The translations under genes and the position numbers were made by a program. Below the pieces are notes generated by a model. That model was not told where the DNA came from, searched no databases, and worked only from the letters and a program-made list of their open reading frames with translations. A stretch of 40,000 bases of DNA from Bacteroides phage crAss002: the sequence record MN917146.1. The stretch is one strand, 5' to 3'. Below, piece after piece: positions 20,301 to 29,077 of the stretch (its first letter is position 1; every line of letters starts with the position of its first letter).

Positions 20301-20780
20301 CAATCTTTCCCTAAATCTTGGGAAAATAATACTAACTTTGATATGCTGAAACACTTGTGTACATTTCAATTAGTAGATGAAATAACTGCTCCTGTATATC
20401 TTATGTGTCAGGCTAGTGGATATAAACATACTAGTAATAAAGAACTTCCTAGTCCTAATATTCCGTGGTTAAGGTATTTCTTTCCTGCTAGTATTACTAT
20501 TAATAGTAGAGACGATGTTACGGCTAAAGTTAATGCAGGTCAACGTTATCCTTTCTATATTAAGTATTTCTTAAAGCCAGGTAAGGTAGATGATTTACAT
20601 TATTACCCTAATTTACAAGTTACTGTTAAGAAGTTATCTAATATATTTAATAACTCCGGTAAGTACAATGTTAATCTTCAAGGGTTAAATCCAGCTTATG
20701 GAGTTATTGGTGGTAATGGAGAAACTAATAATGGTAATGATATAATTAACGTGAAATTTCCAACTTATAATATTAGTTGA
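17319..20780 (+). CDS. large tail protein with lamin-tail-like segment and metallophosphoesterase (purple acid phosphatase-like) domain
   Basis: HNFVELSNLTGKDVSLNGLSLQY...; motifs TSDQQG, NTGDMTQNG, VGNNDL, AYCHEMPF, LGGHKHTYS in order. Confidence 0.75.
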   Translation: MRKGISIGQPLVNNSVDDNYNPLPDVDAKYGPYNSIAEALKELSPELRSVGLTVGIKQNNIINEYWFNGGIESENLVIKQQGGGDEPVQTVYIQDNPPANTNSLWVDTSGLGAALEEDEKLAPIIQSIQVIQKYLDTIVHQRDLIINPGHVSNTFTKSILKEYTPIDPNTGQLAIRVAAVGESLEPETDEYEPNTKAVRGHYGTLKEIQDNFNNFVDYELLIATDVKRLYTKINGEPVNLTGTSSGGGGSIDYEALDKLDTIGFVAPNGQVYRVKVNNNGQLVVYKKELDTPQAEPTGGQEEPGTGWVYVTTLYLQKLYINSLYCGGITSDEYSYNPCSHNFVELSNLTGKDVSLNGLSLQYGTEGGNWEVLPLWGNIKAGSTFLIRGAQCSVMNTNTTRIKVETYDMEWYASDGNLIKFDNKKAKFFLTWGTSPSSVANPYNNTTSPIRVSKGYIDLVGLQILNAGDADKVDAAENTAYGYLTSKYLFTKYYTMDNVKQATKALSARNNANDMYFVNLEANIIPRVDSYTPRASFENKNIFFNKTLLDHTKPNKVTMTLGRKACYTFNESNEPNDDASRCFNWVSVGYYDEYLWYRAYRSDGSYTNWTKVESFKNETGVRKYYNRIRAITTDGTPFTTHKVILTHLGEQYDTHTRDKNIYYEYYVGRDETYKSDIRRFVVMSENVGSEVLNFVQTSDQQGFNWDEYNVWRITAGQIKKDFDRYKNSNISVCYFMINTGDMTQNGNRINEWLDYEAGREPLYDIAEMVTVGNNDLTPANVYVLGDGGDDSKINATNIRFFYCYEMDEDNPPVFTVEGKEIFVESLYSFDVGHTHFLCVNSEISSNTERDVYGLTTTGVMYDLIRQWCERDDANATNAKAKIAYCHEMPFTIITQNLINSFYWNNEENTSVERSGSRLNFNTTKANAYWFSKFLQTHNYRLCLGGHKHTYSCSYPILENENSSMKPIIQVTADVLKKDFNSDELYTETAEGALKGQSFPKSWENNTNFDMLKHLCTFQLVDEITAPVYLMCQASGYKHTSNKELPSPNIPWLRYFFPASITINSRDDVTAKVNAGQRYPFYIKYFLKPGKVDDLHYYPNLQVTVKKLSNIFNNSGKYNVNLQGLNPAYGVIGGNGETNNGNDIINVKFPTYNIS

Positions 20781-20782
20781 TT

Positions 20783-23700
20783 ATGGCAGATGATATTAAA
20801 AGGTATAATCCCAAAACTGGTACTTGGGATATAAGTTCTTCTGGAAAAGCTACCGGTATTATTGTTGAAGACCCTCGTCTTATCAACCCTGAAGTAGCAG
20901 AAGAAGGAGTAACTGGCGAAAGTCTTAATGACGTTCTTGTTCGTCATGAACAAGAACTAAAGAAGCAAGGTGGATATATTGCTTGGCTTGCCGAACACGG
21001 TGGTGGCGGAAGCGGTGGCGGTGGTGGAACTACTGGTGATAAGGTTACTCTTACTAATGGTAATATAGTAAAAGAAGGTAATATTAATTATCTTTATTCT
21101 ACTGTTACTACTAATATTAAGTTAGAGTATCTTATTACTTCTAGTAAGAATAATAAAAGATATTTTATTACTGTTACTCTTGATGGTAATAATATTATCG
21201 AAGGAAAAGAAGGTTGGACTAATACTCCCGGAGTTCTTACTATTCCGCAACTAGATAAATTCTCTTCTAATAGTAATCACTCTGTTGTAATTACAGCTAG
21301 TGATACAGACGGATTCTCTGCTAAATCTTATTTGCTTAATATAGTAGAAGCAAGTATTAAACTCGCTAGTTCTGTATCAGGAAATACTGCAACTGTTGGT
21401 ATTGATTACTTTTTTACTTATAGTATTACTAGTAAGATTATTGGTTCAGATGTTAATCTTGTAGTTACTAATGTAACTAATGGTGCTAGTAAAACTATTG
21501 AATTAGGTAAAACTACTTCTACTGCTCCTAGACAAGTTAATGTTAACTTATGGGATTTAGGAAGTATTATTGCTGGTAGTTCTTATACTATACAGGCACA
21601 AGCGTTTACTTCAATGAATGGACAGACTGTTCAATCAGATAAAGTAACTAATCGTGTAGTAGTTGAAGATGGTGTAAATCTAGTAGTACTTGTAGAAGGC
21701 ATTACTAGTAAGGCAGAAGTAGATTCAGGAGTTGAAAGAACTAAGTTCTCTCAAAGTGGTAATATATCATTTGCGTTCACTCCGTATCTTGCAGGAGTAA
21801 GTCTTATCTATTATGCTGTTAGAATAGAACATAATAGTATTGTTAAAGATATAGGTTACTTTGATGAAGGAAATTATAATGATAACCAATATGTTCAACG
21901 TGGCAAACAACAAGTATTTAGTTATGCTATTCCAACTGAAGGAGAAGTATTAGGTAATTGGAATATAACTCTTCGTTGTTGGTCTGAAAAGGGCGACCCT
22001 ATTACCGATACTGTTTTAGCTTGTGAAGTTGTATCTAGTTCTCAAGCACTTATTGCTGACCAAAATCCTAATAACAGTAGATATGCTAGTTGGCATATTC
22101 GCCAAGAAAGTTTTCCACAAGTATCTACTACTAAAGTTTGGACAAGTAATGAACCTTCATTCACAGTTCCTGGTGCTATTGAACCTAGTGGTGCTATAAC
22201 TGAACTAAATGTATATAATACTAATGGTGTTCTTTCAGGCTTCTTAACAAAGAACGGACAATCAATGTTACGTATATCAGGAGAAGCCTATGGAGTAATT
22301 GATGTACAACCATTTAAAGATGATACTACTACTCTTAATAACTGGTCAAGACAAGGTTTCGGTATATCATGTACATTCAAGTCAGATAGACATCCTTTCT
22401 CAAATAGAACAGTCTTCTTTATAGGGGATTACAATACAGATGAGCAATTCTCGGAAGGTATTAAAATAGGTCTTGAAGATATTACTTGGTCTTATACTGA
22501 CGGTAATATTAAAAAGACTATGAGTTGTAAGATACAACAAGATGTTATTAATACTGTTGATTTTATAGTTAATAAGAATCCAGGAAAGATGGTTGTTGCT
22601 ATCTTTATTAATGGTATTCTTAATACAGCTCGTGAAATAAAGAATGACTTTACTTGGAGAACTAGTTCAAAGATATATCTAGGTTGTGATATTAGTAATG
22701 CTGGACAAATTCAGAATTTTGCTGATGTTAACTTCTATGATATTAAGTTGTTCCGTGTTCCTGCGAATGATAAACAGATTGTTATCAATGCAATGAACTC
22801 AAAAGCTAGAGCAACTCTACTAGCTGACGGTAGTATAGATTTTACAGAATACAATAGAATGAAGTTAAGAAACTTCTTCTCTACTTCTGATTCTGAACCA
22901 AATTCAACACTTTGGGACGATATTAATCAGACTTATGCTAATGTTAACTTTAATAGTCTTATTTCTGATACTACTAGAGTATTACCAGTCGATATAATGT
23001 TGATTAATTGTGCTAATACTGGTTTTACTCGTGCTATATTTGAAGAGATTGGAGGTCAGAATAATAATTGGTATAGTGGTTGTACTATAAGTTACTTTAG
23101 TCCAACTTCGGGAAAGTCTAGCTCTGAATATACTACTGATGTTTCTGTTTCTAAGCAAGGTACTTCTACTTTGAACAATCTTATTAAGAACTTAGAGATA
23201 AGATTCGATAAGATGCTTAAAGATGATGATGGCGCTAATCTTGATTATGAGCTATTCCAACCTAGAGAGACATGGTTTCCTGAAAGACAGTTTACACTTA
23301 AAGCTGACGTTGTTGACAGTGCTCATGCAAATAATGCTTCTATTGGTAAATGGATTAATGATAACTCGGATTTCTTATTCGAGAAAACTCCGCCTATGGA
23401 ACAACTTGAATCTCATCGTCCAGTAGATACTCGTGATAGAACTGTAAAAGATAAAGTTACTATCAAACAAACGCTTGAAGGTTTTCCTATTATTCTTCTT
23501 ATTCAGTTTGATGGGGAAGAAACTCAAACTATGCTTGGTATATATAGTTTTAACTTAGGTCGTGGAGCTTATTATAATATGGGATTCCGATTTATGAAAG
23601 ACTTTACTACTAAGATAAAGAATACAGCAGGTGAGTATGTTGATAATAAACTTCCTGCTTTTGTTACTTCTTATCATACTTATGCACAAGATGAACTATT

Positions 23701-26700
23701 CGGAAACATAGACCAAAGAAAAGTTTATTCTTATGAGTTTGGGGAAAATGCAAATATTATTGTAGATGGAGAAAAGATATTACCATTAGCATTGTTTATG
23801 CAAGACGATTTATCTATTATCAAACATGTAGGTGAATTTAAATATAATGGTGGCAATTGGTTAGAACCTAGTGCAGCTGTTACTGATGATAATATTTGGA
23901 GAGCATTACAAGAGTTATTCTCTATCTTTGCTCAAATGACTTCATCGACAGTTAAGAAATACATTTGGAACGAGACTTCCGGTGGTTATGAAGAAACTGC
24001 TGGTGAATATCCTGCACAGTCTAGTTGGTCTACGCTTGCTGCTGAACTTGATACTAAGTTCTCAATTAAGAATGCTTACTCTTACTTATTAACGTGTGTA
24101 AAGTATGGGCTTGTTGATTCATTAGGTAAGAACTTAACTTTAGTCTGTTATGATGTTGGTGGGGCTAATAAGTGGTTTATCAGATTCTATGATATGGATA
24201 CTGGTAATGGTCTTGATAACGTAGCTCTTGAATCTGTTGCTAAAACTGCTTGGTTAGATACATTTAGTAATAATGATAATAATGATGTTAACTCATTAGT
24301 TATTACTAAAAACGCTGCCGATGGTGGATATGATACTTATAGTTCTCGTATGTGGGACGTATTAAGAGATACTATCTTTGCTAATACTGGAGTATTCGAT
24401 AGTTCTCTTGAAACTCTTTGGGACTTATGGAGAAACAATGCTACTATTTGTAAAGATATTAATGATTATATAGATAATTACTTTGCAGCTCAAACTAAAG
24501 ATTGTGGAGAGCTTCTGTTTAATTATGATTATAATGTTAAGTATCTTACTGCTTATGTTGGTGAATCAGGTGGACAACCTTCTTATGCTAATATTGAATT
24601 TCTACATGGTACTCGTGTTGAGTATGTTCGAGATTGGATGAAGAAGAGAGTTTGGTTCTTTGACGGAGTATTTAAGTATAGCAATGTTGCTAATATTCAA
24701 CCTTATAATAATAAGGGTACATTTTCCGCAGGTGGTGCAGAAGCTACTAATCCTAAACTCATTATTACGTCTAATTGTCCTGCAATATTTGTGGTTAATA
24801 TTGGTAATACTACTGATACTAGATATTTCTTAGAAGAAGGCAAACCTACTGAAATTAGATTATCTCCTATTAGTTCTTTCAATACACAAGTTACTATCAA
24901 TAATACTCCTCAAATTAACGATATAGAAGGATTAGGTGGAATGAGATTCCAAAGATTCATGTCTAGTATGAAACTTCCTAGTTTCTCTAAACTAGACTTA
25001 TCATCTATTGATACTCTTAGTGATTCTCCTATTTCATTTGAAACTATATTCGTTAACGATGAAGACTTCTCTGATGTTCAACATATTGATTTAAGTAATA
25101 CTAAGTTTTGGAGTGGCAATGCTGGACAAAGTACATTTACAGTTAATATAGAAAAATATACTAAGTTGAAAGACTTGAATATATCTAATTCTGTTGTAAC
25201 TTCTGTATCTTTACCTAATGCTTCTCTTTCATCTTTGAATATTACTAATTCAACAGTTGAAAATATTAGTCTTGTTAATCAGCCGTTCTTGGAAATACTG
25301 GATTTCTCTGGATGCAAACGATTAAAGACAGTTACTATTGATTCTTGTGATAAGATTACTGAATTGAATCTTAGTAATCTAGAAGACTTACATACTATTA
25401 AGATTACTTCATGTCCTAACTTAAAATCTATTGTATGTACAAATAATGGTAACTTAACTACATTCAATGTATCTAATTGTAATAATGTCGAAACAATTAA
25501 TATATCGTCATGTACAAACAGAAATCTTATTGTTTATATTGTAGGTGCTCCTAATATTAAGACACTTAATATGTCTAATACTAATACGGCTAACGATATT
25601 CAAGCTGCATCTGAACTTCCTAAACTTAGGACATTGAATATAACTAATAGTCAAGTTGAAGCTATACAATATGGTAATGCTGCAATTCCTACTTATAATG
25701 GTAATAAGATATTTGATGTTAGTCAATTAATCGACTTACAATTCAGTGTTCAAAACGCTAAAGGTGTACACTACTTTAAATTTAATAATAATAAGGAACA
25801 TCCTTTTAATGTAGGTTCTGCGTTCTTTGTTGGTTGTTCTAACTTAAAGAGAGTATTTGGGCATATTAGTCTTAATGGTAATGGTGTATTCAATCAATGC
25901 TCTAAATTCTATATTCATGAACCCAAAGAAAAGGTAGAAGGTATTACCCCTGATTATAATGGTGAATGGTTTGGTCCAGATACTAATACTGAACAAGGCT
26001 ATGTTGATTGGAGAAATCATATTGATTTATCTACTAACTTTAGTATTGGCACTACTGATTGTACTAGTATGTTTAGAGCTACTAATTGTAGTATATATGA
26101 CGTTTATTATTTCTTATATAAATGTGATAATGTTACAACTCTTAATAGTTGTTTTGCTATTGCTAAGAATGTTAAATGGGATTTATTAGATAGTCCTAAT
26201 AGAGACATGTTTAATCATTGTACTAAAGTAGTTACAATGAACTCACTATTTTGGGGATTACAGGCACAAGACTTTAAAATATTAACTAGTACTTATGATT
26301 ATGGCTCTACTGAACATAATGGATTATTTAGTCCTCTTGTTGATTTACAAGCTATGGATAATATATTTTATTTCGATGGTACTAGATATACAAGTCCTGC
26401 TTTCTTAGCTAAGTTTAAAGGAAATGTTCCTTCTAAACTTAAAAGACTAAGTAGTTTTAGTACTGGAACTATTAAGTTTGTAGATAATATTAATAATTGT
26501 CCTAGTGATAGTACTATTGATGAGCATCTTGTTAGTGCTGATTGTGGAACACTTCTTGCTAATCTTCCTGATTTAGAATATTTAAATAATATGTTTAATA
26601 ATTCTAATATATACTTTAATCAAATAACAGATGAAGATGTAGAAGATGGAGTAAAGTATTGTCCTTTATTCTATAAGAATACTAAACTTAGATATATTCA

Positions 26701-28651
26701 CAGTTCATTTAAAGGACTTGTTAATTCTACTGGTTCTTTATATAATATATTTGGTGGTACTGTTAAGAATAAGACACAAGTAAGATTCCCGACAACTTTG
26801 TATGGTATCTATGATTCATTTAGTTTAGGTTCAGGTTCTAATGTTATTTTCCCAATCCACAACTCAATGTTCAGTAGATTAAGAAACACATTGAAGTATA
26901 TAACAGGACAGCAACCTATTAATCAATCTACATTAGGTAGTTTCCAAGGTTTTACTAAACAGTTTCTTAAAGAAGGAGAAGAAGCATTCCCTTATGATGT
27001 ATTTACTGGTTGTAATGTTATTGTTGAAATACCAGGATTCTTTGCTAATCTTGTTCTTCCTGCTAATACAGTAGTTGAGCTTCCTCTTAATTCATTTAAG
27101 ACTAATTACAATCTTACTAATATATCATATCTATATTATGATATGAAGAATTGTAAGTACTCGCTTACTGGTAAGGGCTTCTCTAATTGTAAACTAATTA
27201 ATGTTCATAGATGCTTCTCTGAAATAGAAACTAGCTTCGTTAAGAAAGGTTTTATTCCTTATGGACTATTCTATATGGAACAAACTTCTAATGTTAGCTA
27301 TAAAGGTTGGAATGAAGTAGATGCAGCTAATCAGAATATTACAGAGAACTATGGTATAGATAGTGACGGTAATTGGATTGAAAGTGCTGAAATGCCAGTA
27401 GAGATTACTTATAGTAAACAACGAACTCTTCCTAGAAAGACAATAGTTAATATGTCTTATTGCTTAGAAAGATTTCAAAGTACAGAAGCACAAGGTTATA
27501 CTATGAATTATGGTAATCTTACTCCTAGTAATTACGGAGATATAATAGTCCCTAATGAAAAGTATAATCCAGTTAAGTATATTCTTAATCCAAATTATGA
27601 CCCTAGAGAATGGTTAGATGACGAACATACTATGCCTAACTACAATAGAGATATTCATAGAGTTATCTTGAATAAAGATTTCGATAAGTATGAACTTGCT
27701 TGGAACGAATATTGTGTCGATGGTCTTAGTGGATTAGAAGATATAGTTAGAGACAGTGCTCTTTATAGTGCAATTAGTACAGGAAGTATTAATTGTTCTC
27801 CTGTTATACCTAATAGATTTAAAGATAACGCTGGTTCTTTTGCTCCACCTTCTGATGCTAATGCTAATAAGAAAGTACTTAACTATATATGTTCTCCTGA
27901 CTTATTCTATTATTGCACTAATGGTAATGATATGCAAGTAAATGGAGTGTTCTTTGGTAGTGGTAGAGTTGATGGAGTAGTTGGATATGATTATCTTGAT
28001 TATGGATTAAGAGGACGTATTCCGCCACATTTATTCTATCCTATTAGTAACGCTATTGATTTGTCTTATACATTCTATCGTATACCATTATTGAATCCAT
28101 ATAAATGGAATGTTACTAATGGAGAAGACGGAGAGTTCTACTCGGCAGATACGTTCTCTAAGTTAACTAAATTAATATCGTTATCTAATATGTTCTACTT
28201 TTGTATTATTCCTGCAAATATTAACTTACCTGTTGATTCTTATGTAAACTGCATACAGTTACAAGATATATCTTCGATGTTCTTATCTGCACAGTTTGAA
28301 TCAACATCTGCAATGAGACAACAAGTAGACGGAAACTTATTTAGTAAGAATGTTAATCTAAGGAATATTAGTTATGCTTTTGCTAGTGGGCAAAACCAAG
28401 GAGACTGGTCAGATAGAAGTCCTAAGAAGATTAGTTCTACATTGTTTAATGCTAATAAACATAAACAACTTACTAATGTTACTGGTGTGTTCTATAATGC
28501 GACTTCTACTACTGGTAGTGTTCCTGAATTTTGGAATTGGCTAAATAGTCTATCCTCTGTTAATAGAGCGAACGTATTCTATGCTATGCGTAAGGCTAAT
28601 CTTACTAATGGTAATAGTGTTCCTAGTGGATGGGATACAGGTATGGTATAA
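20783..28651 (+). CDS. giant tail/adhesin protein with Ig-like, LamG/ConA-like and leucine-rich-repeat regions
   Basis: About 2622 aa from ATG 20783 (ORF track starts at a TTG at 20777); glycine linker GGGGSGGGGGTTG; LamG-like RTVFFIGDYNTDEQFSEGIKIG; LRR-like LTTFNVSNCNNVETINISSC series. Confidence 0.8.
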   Translation: MADDIKRYNPKTGTWDISSSGKATGIIVEDPRLINPEVAEEGVTGESLNDVLVRHEQELKKQGGYIAWLAEHGGGGSGGGGGTTGDKVTLTNGNIVKEGNINYLYSTVTTNIKLEYLITSSKNNKRYFITVTLDGNNIIEGKEGWTNTPGVLTIPQLDKFSSNSNHSVVITASDTDGFSAKSYLLNIVEASIKLASSVSGNTATVGIDYFFTYSITSKIIGSDVNLVVTNVTNGASKTIELGKTTSTAPRQVNVNLWDLGSIIAGSSYTIQAQAFTSMNGQTVQSDKVTNRVVVEDGVNLVVLVEGITSKAEVDSGVERTKFSQSGNISFAFTPYLAGVSLIYYAVRIEHNSIVKDIGYFDEGNYNDNQYVQRGKQQVFSYAIPTEGEVLGNWNITLRCWSEKGDPITDTVLACEVVSSSQALIADQNPNNSRYASWHIRQESFPQVSTTKVWTSNEPSFTVPGAIEPSGAITELNVYNTNGVLSGFLTKNGQSMLRISGEAYGVIDVQPFKDDTTTLNNWSRQGFGISCTFKSDRHPFSNRTVFFIGDYNTDEQFSEGIKIGLEDITWSYTDGNIKKTMSCKIQQDVINTVDFIVNKNPGKMVVAIFINGILNTAREIKNDFTWRTSSKIYLGCDISNAGQIQNFADVNFYDIKLFRVPANDKQIVINAMNSKARATLLADGSIDFTEYNRMKLRNFFSTSDSEPNSTLWDDINQTYANVNFNSLISDTTRVLPVDIMLINCANTGFTRAIFEEIGGQNNNWYSGCTISYFSPTSGKSSSEYTTDVSVSKQGTSTLNNLIKNLEIRFDKMLKDDDGANLDYELFQPRETWFPERQFTLKADVVDSAHANNASIGKWINDNSDFLFEKTPPMEQLESHRPVDTRDRTVKDKVTIKQTLEGFPIILLIQFDGEETQTMLGIYSFNLGRGAYYNMGFRFMKDFTTKIKNTAGEYVDNKLPAFVTSYHTYAQDELFGNIDQRKVYSYEFGENANIIVDGEKILPLALFMQDDLSIIKHVGEFKYNGGNWLEPSAAVTDDNIWRALQELFSIFAQMTSSTVKKYIWNETSGGYEETAGEYPAQSSWSTLAAELDTKFSIKNAYSYLLTCVKYGLVDSLGKNLTLVCYDVGGANKWFIRFYDMDTGNGLDNVALESVAKTAWLDTFSNNDNNDVNSLVITKNAADGGYDTYSSRMWDVLRDTIFANTGVFDSSLETLWDLWRNNATICKDINDYIDNYFAAQTKDCGELLFNYDYNVKYLTAYVGESGGQPSYANIEFLHGTRVEYVRDWMKKRVWFFDGVFKYSNVANIQPYNNKGTFSAGGAEATNPKLIITSNCPAIFVVNIGNTTDTRYFLEEGKPTEIRLSPISSFNTQVTINNTPQINDIEGLGGMRFQRFMSSMKLPSFSKLDLSSIDTLSDSPISFETIFVNDEDFSDVQHIDLSNTKFWSGNAGQSTFTVNIEKYTKLKDLNISNSVVTSVSLPNASLSSLNITNSTVENISLVNQPFLEILDFSGCKRLKTVTIDSCDKITELNLSNLEDLHTIKITSCPNLKSIVCTNNGNLTTFNVSNCNNVETINISSCTNRNLIVYIVGAPNIKTLNMSNTNTANDIQAASELPKLRTLNITNSQVEAIQYGNAAIPTYNGNKIFDVSQLIDLQFSVQNAKGVHYFKFNNNKEHPFNVGSAFFVGCSNLKRVFGHISLNGNGVFNQCSKFYIHEPKEKVEGITPDYNGEWFGPDTNTEQGYVDWRNHIDLSTNFSIGTTDCTSMFRATNCSIYDVYYFLYKCDNVTTLNSCFAIAKNVKWDLLDSPNRDMFNHCTKVVTMNSLFWGLQAQDFKILTSTYDYGSTEHNGLFSPLVDLQAMDNIFYFDGTRYTSPAFLAKFKGNVPSKLKRLSSFSTGTIKFVDNINNCPSDSTIDEHLVSADCGTLLANLPDLEYLNNMFNNSNIYFNQITDEDVEDGVKYCPLFYKNTKLRYIHSSFKGLVNSTGSLYNIFGGTVKNKTQVRFPTTLYGIYDSFSLGSGSNVIFPIHNSMFSRLRNTLKYITGQQPINQSTLGSFQGFTKQFLKEGEEAFPYDVFTGCNVIVEIPGFFANLVLPANTVVELPLNSFKTNYNLTNISYLYYDMKNCKYSLTGKGFSNCKLINVHRCFSEIETSFVKKGFIPYGLFYMEQTSNVSYKGWNEVDAANQNITENYGIDSDGNWIESAEMPVEITYSKQRTLPRKTIVNMSYCLERFQSTEAQGYTMNYGNLTPSNYGDIIVPNEKYNPVKYILNPNYDPREWLDDEHTMPNYNRDIHRVILNKDFDKYELAWNEYCVDGLSGLEDIVRDSALYSAISTGSINCSPVIPNRFKDNAGSFAPPSDANANKKVLNYICSPDLFYYCTNGNDMQVNGVFFGSGRVDGVVGYDYLDYGLRGRIPPHLFYPISNAIDLSYTFYRIPLLNPYKWNVTNGEDGEFYSADTFSKLTKLISLSNMFYFCIIPANINLPVDSYVNCIQLQDISSMFLSAQFESTSAMRQQVDGNLFSKNVNLRNISYAFASGQNQGDWSDRSPKKISSTLFNANKHKQLTNVTGVFYNATSTTGSVPEFWNWLNSLSSVNRANVFYAMRKANLTNGNSVPSGWDTGMV

Positions 28652-28705
28652 CAAAAAGTTGATAATAGTATTGTATAATTAAACAAAATTTAGTTTCTTG
28701 TAGCG

Positions 28706-28757
28706 TCCCCCATAAAGGAGTGAGTATTAACGGTAATCACATCTCTTTACGGGGGAA
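28706..28757. repeat. inverted pair of the CTCCTTTAYGGGGGAA motif forming a potential hairpin
   Basis: TCCCCCATAAAGGAG 28706-28720 and TCTCTTTACGGGGGAA 28742-28757 separated by 21 nt. Confidence 0.8.
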
Positions 28758-28798
28758 TGTTACAAAGACCAATTAATAATCATTTAAAAGTAATTATC

Positions 28799-29077
28799 AT
28801 GGATAATCGTATTTATAACAGAGCTAATGCAGCTAATAGTTTACAAATTTCTATAATGGGTAAAGTTGATGCTGTTGCAGAGTTTTCTATTTCTGATGGA
28901 ATGGGTGGTAAAGAACCTTTCCTATTAAAGAATATAACCGAAGACCCAATACAAGTAGAAGTAGTTCTTGCAGGTATGGAAGAACCTATTACTACAACTA
29001 TTTATTCCGGTTGGAATGTTGAGTTAGTTAAACAAGTTAATAACGCTGTTGCTGATACGTTACAATATGGGTACTAA
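28799..29077 (+). CDS. small conserved phage protein
   Basis: ATG 28799 in frame with ORF 28757; MDNRIYNRANAANSLQISIMGKVDAVAEFS. Confidence 0.6.
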   Translation: MDNRIYNRANAANSLQISIMGKVDAVAEFSISDGMGGKEPFLLKNITEDPIQVEVVLAGMEEPITTTIYSGWNVELVKQVNNAVADTLQYGY

